From assembly GCA_964637115.1 (NCBI GenBank), contig CAZWVL010000003.1:77758-141757 (forward strand): a stretch of DNA of 64,000 nucleotides, in the 5' to 3' direction. Every line of letters begins with the position of its first letter. Position 1 is the first letter of the stretch. Made by a program: the position numbers and the translations under genes. Positions 43,798-54,452 of the stretch are shown here, piece after piece. The notes beneath the pieces were generated by a model. The model was not told the DNA's origin, did no database searches, and was given only the letters and a program-made list of their open reading frames with translations. This DNA comes from an uncultured Methanosarcinales archaeon. Lineage in GTDB: Archaea; Nanobdellota; Nanobdellia; Woesearchaeales; ARS49.

Positions 43798-43824
43798 AAA
43801 ATAATTCTAAAAAATAAAAATAAT

Positions 43825-45864
43825 TCAAATAAACAGCGGTGCCAAGACTAAAGTCAGAGTACCGAGAAGTTTTATCAGCACGTGCAGAGAGGGCCCTGCG
43901 GTGTCCTTCATTGGATCACCCACTGTATCACCAGTCACAGCCGCTTGGTGAGCGGGTGTACCTTTCAAACCGCTTATTTCCAAGTGCTTCTTTGCATTAT
44001 CCCACGCGCCGCCACCAGTGTTCAACACGAGCGCCATCAAAATACCCGCAATCGTGCCTACCATAAGGAAGCCGGCTGTTGCTTCTGCCTTCAAGATAAG
44101 GCCAACTGCAACGGTAACGGCAACAACCAACAGTGCTGGAAGAATCATTTCTTTCAAAGCCGCCTTGGTGCAAATGTCAATACACTTAGCATAATCCGGC
44201 TTTGCCTTTCCTTGCATCAAGCCCTTAATGCTCCTGAACTGCCTTCTGACTTCAAAGACAACTTCGTGCGCAGTATCACCAACTGCCTTGATGGCCATGC
44301 TGCTGAACAAGAAGATGAGCATTGCACCAATCATGGCGCCGACAAAGACTTCAACCTTGGCGAGGTTTACAATTCTGCCAGCTTCGCCAACATACTTGAC
44401 CACTTCGTCCTGATAAGCGCTGAACAACAAGAATGCAGCCAAAGCAGCTGAGCCAATTGCATAACCTTTGGTTAATGCCTTGGTAGTATTGCCAGCCGCA
44501 TCAAGCCTGTCAGTTCTCGCACGCACATTCTTTGGAGCGCCAGAGAACTGTGCAATGCCGCCCGCGTTGTCAGTAATTGGACCAAACGTGTCCATGGCTA
44601 ATACATATGCAGCAGTTGCCAGCATACCCATAGTTGCAATAGCAGTGCCGTAAATGCCGCCGTGGTCAACACCAGTCCACGTGCCGAACATGTAGCTCAG
44701 CATCAACGCAGCACCCAATACAACAACCGGAGCTGCAGTGCATTCTAATGCAACGGCAAATCCACGAATAATATTTGTTGCGTGGCCTGTCTCACATGCC
44801 TTTGCAATTGCCTTGACCGGCCTGTATTGTGATTCAGTGTAATACATTGTAATGATCACAATCAAAATGCTCGTGACAATGCCCACCAATCCCGCATAAA
44901 AGAAATTGATGTTGCCAAGCATTCTCATCGTGACAAAATAAAATGCAATCGTTGCAAGCACGGAAGTTACTATGTAACCTTTGGTTAAAGCCCACATAGG
45001 ATTATCTCTTTCCTTTGTCTTAACTGACATAACTCCCACAATTGAAGCCAGTAAACCAAAGCTTCTGACAATTAATGGGAACAAGATGCCGTTAACGCCG
45101 TACACTGGCCATAAAGCAACTCCGATAATCATTGCACCAATGTTCTCTGCAGCGGTTGATTCAAACAAGTCAGCACCACGGCCAGCACAATCTCCAACGT
45201 TGTCTCCAACAAGGTCTGCGATAACAGCCGGGTTTCTAGGATCGTCCTCTGGAATGTTCTTCTCAACCTTGCCAACAAGGTCTGCACCAACATCAGCTGC
45301 CTTAGTGTAAATTCCGCCGCCTAACTGGGCGAACAATGCGACAAATGAAGCGCCAAAACCATAACCGACAATCATGAATGGAATCTCCTTGACATCCATC
45401 CAAATGCCTAGAATGCTATACAGTGCCGCAATTCCAATCAAGCTCAATGCGACAATGAAAATGCCGCTCACAGCTCCGCCACGCAAAGCTGGAATCAAGG
45501 CATCATTCATACTCTTCTGAGCGCCTGCAGCAGAACGCACGTTTGCGCGAACTGCAATCCACATGCCCAGAAAGCCTGCAATTGCTGAACAGGCCGCGCC
45601 AAACAAGAATGATATGGATGTAATCAAGCCAAACTGCGCCTGACCCAAGTATCTATAGACAACATAGATGACAATCGCCGTAACAATGCTGATAATAGCA
45701 ATAGTCCAATACTGGCGCTTCATAAACGCATTCGCGCCGACACGAATAAGATCAGAAATCTCCATCATCTTCGGCGTACCAGTAGGACGCCTCAAGACAT
45801 CTTTTATCAGCCATATTGCAAAGCCGAGCGACAACAAACTTACAATCCAAACAATCCACATCAT
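43825..45864 (-). CDS. hppA: Membrane-bound proton/sodium-translocating pyrophosphatase
   Basis: GGGIYTKAADVGADLVGKVE, DNVGDNVGDCAGRGADLFES and GDTVGDPMKDTAGPSLHVLIK are signature motifs. Confidence 0.95.
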   Translation of the reverse strand: MMWIVWIVSLLSLGFAIWLIKDVLRRPTGTPKMMEISDLIRVGANAFMKRQYWTIAIISIVTAIVIYVVYRYLGQAQFGLITSISFLFGAACSAIAGFLGMWIAVRANVRSAAGAQKSMNDALIPALRGGAVSGIFIVALSLIGIAALYSILGIWMDVKEIPFMIVGYGFGASFVALFAQLGGGIYTKAADVGADLVGKVEKNIPEDDPRNPAVIADLVGDNVGDCAGRGADLFESTAAENIGAMIIGVALWPVYGVNGILFPLIVRSFGLLASIVGVMSVKTKERDNPMWALTKGYIVTSVLATIAFYFVTMRMLGNINFFYAGLVGIVTSILIVIITMYYTESQYRPVKAIAKACETGHATNIIRGFAVALECTAAPVVVLGAALMLSYMFGTWTGVDHGGIYGTAIATMGMLATAAYVLAMDTFGPITDNAGGIAQFSGAPKNVRARTDRLDAAGNTTKALTKGYAIGSAALAAFLLFSAYQDEVVKYVGEAGRIVNLAKVEVFVGAMIGAMLIFLFSSMAIKAVGDTAHEVVFEVRRQFRSIKGLMQGKAKPDYAKCIDICTKAALKEMILPALLVVAVTVAVGLILKAEATAGFLMVGTIAGILMALVLNTGGGAWDNAKKHLEISGLKGTPAHQAAVTGDTVGDPMKDTAGPSLHVLIKLLGTLTLVLAPLFI

Positions 45865-45967
45865 AGTCTACACCCCATTAATAGTATAATATATCGAGGG
45901 AGAAAGGAGGGCTTTAAAAAGATATCGCAACGGCATTCTTAAATAGTATTGTTATTGTGATGCGGCT

Positions 45968-46912
45968 ATGGAAATCATTACTGGAATATTAATCGTTGTT
46001 GGGCTCATCTTATTCGAAGTAATAAGCAGCGTTGATAATGCGGTAATCAATGCTGAAGTTCTCGGCACAATGTCAAAAAAAGCCAGAAAATGGTTTTTGT
46101 TCTGGGGCATATTGTTTGCGGTATTCCTGATAAGAGGACTTCTTCCTTGGCTCATAATCTGGGCAACAGTGCCACAACTGGGCTTCAAAGGGTCATTGCT
46201 TGCAACATTCAGTTCAGACCCGATGGTAATAGGTGCCATTGACAAATCAGCGCCTGTATTGCTGGCAGGCGGCGGCATATTCCTGGTATTCCTGTTCTTC
46301 CACTGGCTGTTTTTAGAGCCAAAGAATTATGGTTTGCACACGGAAAAATTCTTTGCGCGCCAAGGAGTCTGGTTTTACGCGGTTGTTTCTATATTATTGA
46401 CAGCTTTTGTCTGGTTCTCACTAAAAATAAACCAGTACATGGCATTCGGAGCAGTACTCGGCTCAACTGCATTCTTCATCACACACGGATTCAAACAAAA
46501 CGCAGAAAAAATGGAACACGAAATGCTACACAAAGGAAACATAACTGACTGGGCAAAAATAATGTACTTAGAAGTCATTGACGCAACATTTTCCATTGAT
46601 GGCGTCTTAGGAGCGTTTGCTTTTACCTTGTCAGTACCGCTAATCTTGCTTGGAAACGGAATCGGCGCAATTGTTGTAAGGCAGATGACTGTTGGCAACA
46701 TAGAGAATGTCAAGAAATACAGATATCTGAAAAATGGAGCGATGTATTCGGTATTCGCACTTGGCATAATTATGCTTGTGGACAGCTTCGGCATACACAT
46801 TCCAAGCTGGGTGAGCCCTGTTGTAACAATCGGCGTTCTCGCTTACTTCTTCATTAAATCAAAAAGAGAACTTGGACTGCCAGAGCATCAGGCGAAAGGG
46901 CATACGCACTGA
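45968..46912 (+). CDS. DUF475/TerC-like integral membrane protein
   Basis: FEVISSVDNAVINAEVL near the N-terminus, with multiple TM helices. Confidence 0.55.
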   Translation: MEIITGILIVVGLILFEVISSVDNAVINAEVLGTMSKKARKWFLFWGILFAVFLIRGLLPWLIIWATVPQLGFKGSLLATFSSDPMVIGAIDKSAPVLLAGGGIFLVFLFFHWLFLEPKNYGLHTEKFFARQGVWFYAVVSILLTAFVWFSLKINQYMAFGAVLGSTAFFITHGFKQNAEKMEHEMLHKGNITDWAKIMYLEVIDATFSIDGVLGAFAFTLSVPLILLGNGIGAIVVRQMTVGNIENVKKYRYLKNGAMYSVFALGIIMLVDSFGIHIPSWVSPVVTIGVLAYFFIKSKRELGLPEHQAKGHTH

Positions 46913-46949
46913 ATCATAACGAAAACCCCTGCAAAAGGTAGGGGAATCA

Positions 46950-47711
46950 CTAAGGTTTAGCGGTTTCCCACAATACTTCAAAATACGCTAAGAAACTTTC
47001 CATAAGCTTCTTGCCAGTTATACTGATGTAGAAAATCCGGTCGCCATAAAAGACAAAGGTCACTTCATTTCTTGCAGGAACGATGCTAATTGACGCCGGA
47101 ACAATCATTTTTTCAGGTAAAAACCTCACCTCAGTAAGCGGCATTTTCATTCTTTTCTCTGCAAGTCCTTTTGCAGGGATTGAATACAGGATTTTTGTGC
47201 GAATGCCTTTTTTGATTCGGCGAGCATGATATCCCTCAAAAAAAGGCAGAAACTCCTGCGCTTCTTTTGGAACCCCGAGTATGTACTGTGTGTCGCCCTT
47301 CTTCATTTCCTCCAAACCCTGGTTCATTCCTGATTTTAATGCAGGAGCGCCTTCAGCGATGCTCACTTCCGGCAACGGCCCAGCAGAAACTCTCATTTGA
47401 GCAAACGCCGGCAACAATTGAGAGACTGCATGCATCGCGGCATGTCTTTCCTCGTCTTGCAACTCAAGAAAATGCTTCAAAGACGAAGTATCGGTCGTGC
47501 TGAACACATTCCGGTTGTTCTTTAAATAATGGGTAACCAGCCCCTTTTTCTCAAGCCTATCAAGAATTGCATAGATTTTGGAGCTCGATATATGCGAATG
47601 TTCTACAATCGGGCCAGTCGTCACTTCTCCCAACTGAAGCAACGCAACGTACACACGCGCTTCACCATCGGTAAGCCCTGCCGCCCTGAGCTTGGGAACA
47701 ATGTCGTTCAT
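46950..47711 (-). CDS. TrmB-family transcriptional regulator
   Basis: The N-terminal wHTH is LTDGEARVYVALLQLGEVTTGPIVEHSHISSSKIYAILDRLEKKGLV. A C-terminal effector-like domain follows. Confidence 0.8.
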   Translation of the reverse strand: MNDIVPKLRAAGLTDGEARVYVALLQLGEVTTGPIVEHSHISSSKIYAILDRLEKKGLVTHYLKNNRNVFSTTDTSSLKHFLELQDEERHAAMHAVSQLLPAFAQMRVSAGPLPEVSIAEGAPALKSGMNQGLEEMKKGDTQYILGVPKEAQEFLPFFEGYHARRIKKGIRTKILYSIPAKGLAEKRMKMPLTEVRFLPEKMIVPASISIVPARNEVTFVFYGDRIFYISITGKKLMESFLAYFEVLWETAKP

Positions 47712-47783
47712 TACTCCTCCCCTGTGAGGAGATAATATTTAAATGTTTCGAGTTTACCATGTAATGGTAACAACATTCAGGTT

Positions 47784-49103
47784 ATGACGATGACTGAAGA
47801 AAACATTCCGGCAAATGAATTACTGAATAAACATCGGGGTGAATACTCAAATACTCCTCATATGGACAAACTCATCATTCCTGCTGGCGAAAAAGAACAG
47901 CTTGACGTGTACTCGCACGTTGGTCCTTTTGATGAAGGCGTTTCAGCCTTGAAGAAAGAAGGTTTTAGTCTGATTACTGCTCGTGAGCTTGCTGAGGCAC
48001 GGCTTTTGGGCGGTGTGAAAATCCCGGTCAGCAGGGAATGGACGTGGGTTGCTGAAAACTTCAACTACCTGCCGACTGGAGAAATTCTCATCGCTTCCCG
48101 CGATTACAATCCTCTTCTGAAGAATGCTGAGGAGGCTACTGCATGCAACCGTGCTGGTAAGAAATTTTATCTTAACCAAAAGCTTGCGAAGGAATTGCGT
48201 GAGCGTGCAGAAGCTGATCCTGAAAAAGCCATGAAGAGCGGTGTTTTGCTTCTACCACAAAAAGCCGTCAAGAGCGAGATTCTGAGTTCTGCGCTCAAGG
48301 ATGAGCCTTTGACGTATTTCCTCTTCCGCGATACTGCAAAGCTTTATGGACAATTCCTCAAGGAAAACGACATTAACAGTGTTCCCGTGTATCATGCTAA
48401 GAAACAGAGGAGTGTATTTGGTCTGGCCTTGTGGGTCAACAACCTCAGTGGTAGGTCTGGCCTCAGCGGCCACGGCAGTTACCTTCGCTACAGCGACGGC
48501 CGGGTTCGTGGGGTACGTCGGTCGCCCGCGGAGCGGGCCGCGCCCGAACTTCCACATGTCGGAAAACCACAGGTTTCTGAGCATGCTCAACAATCTGCGG
48601 ATTGCCAACAGGAAGCCAAGGTTGAAGGTCTCGAAAAAATCCCGGAACACAATCAAGCAGTCCATGATTTGAAAGCAATGAAAGAAAAAAGAATTCAGCA
48701 GAACCGCCAGCATGGCGTATTCCTGACGCATGGGGAAGTGGACATTGTTATGAAAGAATTAGCTGATCGCAGAATAAGTGTTCGCTCACTGGCATTAAAC
48801 CATCTTAATACATACGTGGGCCTTATTGAGAGGTGCTTCCACGGTGTCGCAGCATTGAGCCCTGAATATTCTGTGCGCTTGTATGACTTGCTTGGGAAAA
48901 GCCCAGCCGTCGAATTTCTCAAAGATCGCGCACTGCATCCGCTTAACAAAAAGGAAGTGAGGTATACGGATCCTTGGCACGATCTTTATGATAGTTATAC
49001 AAATAAATTAAGAACAATTTACCTGGAAAAACAACATATTGAACAAAAAACAGCAATATTGCAAGCCTTGGAAAAACTCATCAACGACCATATTCAAAAA
49101 TAA
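47784..49103 (+). CDS. Hypothetical protein (439 aa) with an internal GC-rich R/G/S patch
   Basis: ORF only. Nt ~48440-48560 are visibly GC-rich relative to the flanks. Confidence 0.5.
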   Translation: MTMTEENIPANELLNKHRGEYSNTPHMDKLIIPAGEKEQLDVYSHVGPFDEGVSALKKEGFSLITARELAEARLLGGVKIPVSREWTWVAENFNYLPTGEILIASRDYNPLLKNAEEATACNRAGKKFYLNQKLAKELRERAEADPEKAMKSGVLLLPQKAVKSEILSSALKDEPLTYFLFRDTAKLYGQFLKENDINSVPVYHAKKQRSVFGLALWVNNLSGRSGLSGHGSYLRYSDGRVRGVRRSPAERAAPELPHVGKPQVSEHAQQSADCQQEAKVEGLEKIPEHNQAVHDLKAMKEKRIQQNRQHGVFLTHGEVDIVMKELADRRISVRSLALNHLNTYVGLIERCFHGVAALSPEYSVRLYDLLGKSPAVEFLKDRALHPLNKKEVRYTDPWHDLYDSYTNKLRTIYLEKQHIEQKTAILQALEKLINDHIQK

Positions 49104-49163
49104 CTTCACCTTTTCTAACGGTTCAAAAGAACTGCGATTTAACTATGGCAATAAAGCATAATT

Positions 49164-51740
49164 CTAAGGCATCGGCAATTGGTTAGCCAATTTCGGCTTG
49201 TAAAATCTCATCAACAGACTGTTTGAAACTACTGAAACACTGCTGAACGCCATTGCAATGCCTGCCAACACTGGATTAAGAAGCCAGCCAGTAACTGGAT
49301 ACAATACACCTGCGGCAACAGGAATCAAAATAATATTGTAAGCAAACGCCCAGAACAAATTCTGCCTGATTTTGAACATTGCGTACTTGCTCAAAGCCAT
49401 CGCAGTAACAACGTCTCTCACGTCGCTCTTAATGAGAACAACATTTCCGGATTCAATCGCAATATCAGTTCCAGAACCAATCGCAATTCCAACATCAGCT
49501 TGTGTTAAAGCAGGAGCATCATTAATACCGTCGCCAACCATCGCTACTTTCAAACCCTTTGCCTGCAATTCCTTAATCTTTTCAGCCTTCTGGGCAGGCA
49601 AAACACCTGCCATGACGTCATCAATGCCTGCCTGCGCTGCAATTGCACGGCCAGTACGCTCATTATCGCCAGTAATCAGCATGACTTTCTTTCCTAAACT
49701 GTGCAATTCTTCAACGGCCTCTTTTGCAAAAGGCTTCAACTGGTCAGCAACAGCGACAAGACCAATAACCTGCTTTGCACTTGCCAAGAAAACAACAGTC
49801 TTGCCCTGCTCTTCCAATGTTGCAACTTTGCTTTCAAATTCTTTAGTGCTGATTTTCCTGTCTTCCATCAATGCGCGGTTGCCCAAAAACACAACTTTTC
49901 CTTTTACTTTAGCAGCAACACCCTTTCCAGTAATTGATTGGAATGCAGTCGGCTCTGGAACAGCAAGATTTTTTGATTTCGCAGCATTCACAATCGCTTC
50001 TGCCAAAGGATGCTCGCTTCTTCTTTCAAGAATGGCTGCCAATTGCAAAACACCTTCAGCTTTAGCCTTGCCAATTGGAACAACATCAGTAACTTCAGGC
50101 TTTCCTCTTGTTAACGTGCCAGTCTTGTCAAACACAACAACATCAATTTCCCTGGTCTTTTGCAAAGCTTCCGCGTTTTTGAAAAGAATGCCGTATTCAG
50201 CAGCCTTTCCAGTGCCAACCATAATTGCAGTAGGAGTTGCAAGACCCAAAGCGCACGGGCAAGCTATGATTAATACTGCAATGAACGTCGTAAAACCAAA
50301 CGCGGCACTGCCGGCAAAATACCAGCTTGCAAAACTTACAATTGCAATAAGAATAACAACCGGAACAAAATAGAAAGAGATCTTGTCAGCAAGCTCCTGA
50401 ATAGGCGCTTTGGAGCCCTGCGCTTCTTCAACCATTCTGATAATCTGTGCAAGAACAGTATCCCTGCCAACCTTTGTTGCCTTGAGAGTGAAGGAGCCAG
50501 TTTTGTTCACAGTGCCGGCAATAACCCTGCTGTTGACAGTTTTTTCAACAGGAATACTCTCACCAGTAACTGCGCTCTCATCAACACTCGAAAAACCGTC
50601 TTTAACGTAACCATCAACAGGAATCTTAGCACCAGGCTTAATCACAACAATATCGCCAACAACAACTTCTTCAATTGGAATATCAACCTGCTCCTTGCCG
50701 CGCATGACAATGGCAGTCCTTGGCTGCAAGCCAAGCAATTTTTTGATAGCCTCTGAAGTTTTCCCTTTGGCGATAGCTTCCAGCATTTTGCCTAGAATAA
50801 TGAACGCGACAATTAAGCCAGCAATCTCAAAATAAAGCATTTCTGTCGTGTAGCCAGCCTTGTTCGAGAAGATCATAACTGCCACAAACAAACTATAGAT
50901 GTAAGCGGCACCCGTGCCAACAGCAACCAAGCTGTCCATATTCGGCATCCTATTGATGAACAATGCCCTGAAGCCCCTTGTGTAAAACTCAAAACCAGCA
51001 AGCACTATAATAGTGGAAAGCGCAAGCTGAATAACAGCATTAACCATTGAACTCATCATAGGTAATGGAAGACCAACCATGTGGCCCATAGCAAGATATA
51101 GCAATGGAATGCCCGCAATGCCAGCAATCCACATTCTTCTTGCCCAATGCCGAACTTCCTTTTCTCTCGCTTCCTTCTCAACATCAAGACGTGAAGCACC
51201 ATAGCCTGCATTTTTTACGGCAGAAATCAACGCATCAATGCTTGCTTTTGATGAATCGTACTCGACTTCTGCCTTTTCAGTCGCAAGATTAACCTTGACA
51301 TTAGAAACACCAGAAACATTCTGTAAAGTCCTTTCAACAATGCCTGCACAATGCTGGCTTTCCATGCCGGAAATTGCGAGAACCGTTTTGCCGTCTTCCG
51401 GTGCTTCGTGCTGCTCTGACTTGTAACCAGTCTTGTCAATAGCCTCTTTCAACATTTTTTCTGATGTCAAGTTAGGATCATAATCAACGTACGCCCTTGA
51501 ACTGGCAAAGTTAACAACTGCATTTGCAACACCAGGAACTTTTTTCAATGCAGTTTCAATTGTTCTGACACAGCTGGCGCAATGCATTCCGGAAATAGGA
51601 ATAATTGACTTTGTTGTTTTGTGTTCAAACTGTTCTTTACACTCCTTGCTACAGAAGTAAAAAGTTTCACCACTCTTTTTCACCGAAAACTTCGCAGTTA
51701 TCGGATTAACATCCATCCCGCAGGACGGGTCTTTAACCAT
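49164..51740 (-). CDS. copA: Copper-translocating P1B-type ATPase
   Basis: N-terminal TRASH/YHS-like Cys motif (CGMDV...FCSKEC), two HMA domains (GMHCASCV and [11 protein letters not shown]), CPC (ACPCALG), DKTGTLT and GDGINDAP. Confidence 0.95.
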   Translation of the reverse strand: MVKDPSCGMDVNPITAKFSVKKSGETFYFCSKECKEQFEHKTTKSIIPISGMHCASCVRTIETALKKVPGVANAVVNFASSRAYVDYDPNLTSEKMLKEAIDKTGYKSEQHEAPEDGKTVLAISGMESQHCAGIVERTLQNVSGVSNVKVNLATEKAEVEYDSSKASIDALISAVKNAGYGASRLDVEKEAREKEVRHWARRMWIAGIAGIPLLYLAMGHMVGLPLPMMSSMVNAVIQLALSTIIVLAGFEFYTRGFRALFINRMPNMDSLVAVGTGAAYIYSLFVAVMIFSNKAGYTTEMLYFEIAGLIVAFIILGKMLEAIAKGKTSEAIKKLLGLQPRTAIVMRGKEQVDIPIEEVVVGDIVVIKPGAKIPVDGYVKDGFSSVDESAVTGESIPVEKTVNSRVIAGTVNKTGSFTLKATKVGRDTVLAQIIRMVEEAQGSKAPIQELADKISFYFVPVVILIAIVSFASWYFAGSAAFGFTTFIAVLIIACPCALGLATPTAIMVGTGKAAEYGILFKNAEALQKTREIDVVVFDKTGTLTRGKPEVTDVVPIGKAKAEGVLQLAAILERRSEHPLAEAIVNAAKSKNLAVPEPTAFQSITGKGVAAKVKGKVVFLGNRALMEDRKISTKEFESKVATLEEQGKTVVFLASAKQVIGLVAVADQLKPFAKEAVEELHSLGKKVMLITGDNERTGRAIAAQAGIDDVMAGVLPAQKAEKIKELQAKGLKVAMVGDGINDAPALTQADVGIAIGSGTDIAIESGNVVLIKSDVRDVVTAMALSKYAMFKIRQNLFWAFAYNIILIPVAAGVLYPVTGWLLNPVLAGIAMAFSSVSVVSNSLLMRFYKPKLANQLPMP

Positions 51741-51786
51741 AATTTACAGCAATTGTAACGGTATTTATAAAATTTGTGAAAGGGCA

Positions 51787-52743
51787 ATGTTTAAAAATGC
51801 GCAGTTATCACATTCTGTCATGTTAAAAGAGGTTGTCATATTCATCATAGGCTGTTTTTTGCTTGTCAAAAGCGCAGAATATGCAGTAAAGTCAGTCACG
51901 CATCTTGCAAGATACCTAAGATTAACGGAGTTCGTCACAAGCTTCATTCTCGTTGCGTTTGTTTCCTCGTTGCCAGAAGGATTCATCAGCGTCATTGCCG
52001 CACTTGGAGGAGATCCAAGCATTGGAGTAGGCACGCTGCTTGGAGGCAACATAGCAGATTTGACTTTGATTTTGGGGCTTGTAGCACTTGCAGGACATCC
52101 AGTAAGAATTCACAGTTCAATCATCAAGAAAGACTTATACTTTGCCGTGCTAATGCTGCTCCCCATAATTCTTGGTCTTAATGGAATTATTTCACGCGCT
52201 GATGGAGCAATTCTTCTCGCAGCAGGAATAATCTTCATAATAGTTCTTCTCAGAGAAAGAGAATACTTCCACAAACCATTTGAGATGAAAGACCACTGGC
52301 TCAAACATCTTGCCGTTTTTATTGTAAGCCTTGCAGTTATGCTGGTCAGTGCGCATTTCATTGTAGGAAGCACACATTCACTTGCAATAGGACTCGGTAT
52401 TCCTTCGCTTCTTATCGCTCTGGTTCTTGTCGCGCTAGGAACAACTCTGCCGGAATTCACGTTCTCGCTTCAAAGCGTGCGAAATGGGCACGCAGATTTA
52501 GCAATCGGTGATTTACTTGGAACAGTTGTTGTGGATGCCACCATAATTATGGGCATAATGGCACTCATTTCGCCAATTGCAATCAACGTATTCGTGCTTT
52601 CCATAATTGGAGTCTTCACATTATTTGCAGTAGCGTTCTCCCTGTTATTCATGCGCTCTGACGGCATCCTTACAAAGAACGAAGCAATGGCGCTAGTACT
52701 GTTTTACGTCGCTTTTGTTGTTGTGCAGATATTACTGCGGTAA
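51787..52743 (+). CDS. Ca2+/cation antiporter (CaCA/YrbG family)
   Basis: Two alpha-repeat motifs, SSLPE...GNIADLTLILG and GTTLPE...GDLLGTVVVDATII. About 10 TM helices. Confidence 0.8.
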   Translation: MFKNAQLSHSVMLKEVVIFIIGCFLLVKSAEYAVKSVTHLARYLRLTEFVTSFILVAFVSSLPEGFISVIAALGGDPSIGVGTLLGGNIADLTLILGLVALAGHPVRIHSSIIKKDLYFAVLMLLPIILGLNGIISRADGAILLAAGIIFIIVLLREREYFHKPFEMKDHWLKHLAVFIVSLAVMLVSAHFIVGSTHSLAIGLGIPSLLIALVLVALGTTLPEFTFSLQSVRNGHADLAIGDLLGTVVVDATIIMGIMALISPIAINVFVLSIIGVFTLFAVAFSLLFMRSDGILTKNEAMALVLFYVAFVVVQILLR

Positions 52744-52914
52744 TAAATGGCGCCGGCAGTCAATGAAGTATTTGTTCAATGTCTATTCATTCCTTTTTGA
52801 AGTACCGGGCGATAGCGGTTACTATTAATCCTAGTATCACCACTCCGACGCCTGCTATAATTAATGAACCCATAGAAGAATTGGCAATTTTTATTGCTTA
52901 TAATATTTGTTGTT

Positions 52915-53424
52915 TTAGCGTATTCCAAGTTTTTTCGCAAGTTGTTCTTGTCGTTTTTGAATTTTTGCGTATTCAGCGTTAGGGTCGTAAAACTGAGCTT
53001 TTTTCTTGATAGACTTTGCTTTCTTTTTAGCTCTCTTGACTTTTTTATAACCTTTTTTGTGCTTGATTGTTTTGTAACCTATTGTTTGTCCCATTAAACC
53101 TTTAATCTTCCTTTTGCCGATTTTAGTGTCTCGGCTGTGGCAGGTCGCGCAAACTAGATGACAGTTTTTCTGACTGTTATTTTCAGATTTGTTATCCCAG
53201 TGGTCAAATTGGTATCCGCCTTTCTTCCAGACGAATCTTGCTCCGCATTTAGAATAATGTCTGCATTTTGATGTTGTTTTGAAGTCATCATCAGCTCTGC
53301 CCGCAGCTTGATTCCATTCTATTTTCTGTGTTGAAAGTTTGAAGTTTTTTCTTTTAACAGTCTTCTTTATAATTCCAGTATTAAGGTTAAACTCATATTT
53401 TGGTTTTGGTAAGCCGAATCTCAT
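52915..53424 (-). CDS. HNH endonuclease-domain protein with Lys-rich tail
   Basis: CRHYSKC...FDHWDNKSENNSQKNCHLVCATCH (Cys pairs flanking DH...N...N...H). The C-terminal stretch is K-rich. Confidence 0.65.
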   Translation of the reverse strand: MRFGLPKPKYEFNLNTGIIKKTVKRKNFKLSTQKIEWNQAAGRADDDFKTTSKCRHYSKCGARFVWKKGGYQFDHWDNKSENNSQKNCHLVCATCHSRDTKIGKRKIKGLMGQTIGYKTIKHKKGYKKVKRAKKKAKSIKKKAQFYDPNAEYAKIQKRQEQLAKKLGIR

Positions 53425-53689
53425 GTTTTCTCTTAATCCTCTTTTTTACACCATAATCATATTATGCGTGGTTAAAAAGGTTTGCACACGACCTGCCCAT
53501 ACCAAGCTGGTGATTAGGCGGAGCTCCGCTCTGAATTTAAATGTATATTTGTTTGTTCGTCCCGTATTCTGCTGTTGCAGTTTGGGCAGAATAGTCTTTG
53601 CTTCACTCATTGGAGGTTTAATTCTTGGCAACAAATTGCAAATCTTTTAATACTGATTTCTCTCAATATATTGCAGGAGTATACTCAAA

Positions 53690-53887
53690 ATGGAAACCAG
53701 ATTAATAATGTCTATAATACTTTTATTTTTCGGATTTTTATATCTCTTCTTTGTAATACGCAATAGCATGAAACCGAGACAGTTTGATACGCCTGAAGAA
53801 GAAAGAGCATATCGTGAGGAAAGAGCAAGACAATTAGCTATAAGAGACCATGGACCTCGTGAACCTCCTAAACCGAGAATGCTCTAA
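53690..53887 (+). CDS. Mini membrane protein (65 aa)
   Basis: Single TM IMSIILLFFGFLYLFFVI followed by a charged R/E tail. Confidence 0.4.
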   Translation: METRLIMSIILLFFGFLYLFFVIRNSMKPRQFDTPEEERAYREERARQLAIRDHGPREPPKPRML

Positions 53888-53961
53888 GAATAAATTCTTG
53901 CAAGAAAGCCGATTGAGGAGTATGGAAATTCTTATATATCGGAAAAACCGTGTTTTTGTTT

Positions 53962-54069
53962 ATGGCGGGGTTCATAATGCCGATGGGAGTGACTGACTTT
54001 TGGTTAATAGTGGGAGCATTAGTCGTCATTGCTGTGGTGTATAATTGGATGCAGTCTAAGAAACAATAA
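53962..54069 (+). CDS. Mini membrane peptide (35 aa), not in the ORF track
   Basis: MAGFIMPMGVTDFWLIVGALVVIAVVYNWMQSKKQ, a single TM helix with a basic end. Confidence 0.3.
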   Translation: MAGFIMPMGVTDFWLIVGALVVIAVVYNWMQSKKQ

Positions 54070-54080
54070 AATTTTTGTCA

Positions 54081-54233
54081 ATGATTAATTCTACAATGCC
54101 TTTAGACGGGCCAGAGTTTGTAAGCTGGTTAGCTGGAAATTTCTTGTTAATCGTGGTCGTAGTAGCCGCTTTCGTGGCTTTAATCTGCATTCTGATATTG
54201 GTTGTAATTCATTGGGAAGAATTTTTCCCTTAG
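54081..54233 (+). CDS. Mini membrane peptide (50 aa), not in the ORF track
   Basis: MINSTMPLDGPEFVSWLAGNFLLIVVVVAAFVALICILILVVIHWEEFFP, with one long TM. Confidence 0.3.
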   Translation: MINSTMPLDGPEFVSWLAGNFLLIVVVVAAFVALICILILVVIHWEEFFP

Positions 54234-54290
54234 GGTTTTAAGGGTCTGTTGCCTTATTTAATGGTTCTGGGAAGTGAACTTTTTGTTTAC

Positions 54291-54374
54291 TGGCGCCGGC
54301 AGGATTTGAACCTGCGAACCCACTAAGGGAGCGGATCTTAAGTCCGCCGCATTTGACCACTTTGCTACGGCGCC
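54291..54374 (-). tRNA. tRNA-Leu (anticodon UAA)
   Basis: The reverse complement folds as acceptor GGCGCCG/CGGCGCC, a D arm with GG, an anticodon arm GCGGA-CTTAAGA-TCCGC, a long variable arm, a T arm GCAGG-TTCAAAT-CCTGC and discriminator A. CCA is not encoded. A TATA-like TTTTATATA lies ~25-35 nt upstream on the minus strand (54399-54409). Confidence 0.9.
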
Positions 54375-54416
54375 GTGCATTAAAAGAGCAAGAATACGGT
54401 ATATAAAAGTTAGCAA

Positions 54417-54427
54417 AAATTTAAAAA
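54417..54427 (+). promoter_or_regulatory. TATA-like box for the + strand tRNA-like/tRNA-Thr unit
   Basis: AAATTTAAAAA is centred ~31 nt upstream of 54453. No comparable AT box lies in the 30 nt before the tRNA-Thr 5' end (54569). Confidence 0.5.
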
Positions 54428-54452
54428 CAAACACAGGCGCCGATGTTCTAAC

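Noticed and set aside
49372-50373. A 333-aa + strand ORF inside copA. Similar long shadow ORFs lie opposite or out of frame in hppA (43882..44451), E1 alpha (37852..38520), the HExxH/NTase genes (27369..28079) and the giant ORF (for example 7186..7647).
   Set aside because: These lie antisense to or out of frame with genes that have unmistakable family motifs. Their sequences are low-complexity and rich in A/S/T/L/P, typical of shadow frames.
52779-53097. Two + strand track ORFs (52779..52982 and 52894..53097) in the spacer and over the 3' end of the HNH gene.
   Set aside because: They are F/L/V-rich low-complexity translations of AT-rich sequence. The second is antisense to the Lys-rich (AAR-rich) tail of the HNH ORF, and there is no start context. 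The minus-strand 28-aa peptide and the HNH gene explain the region better.
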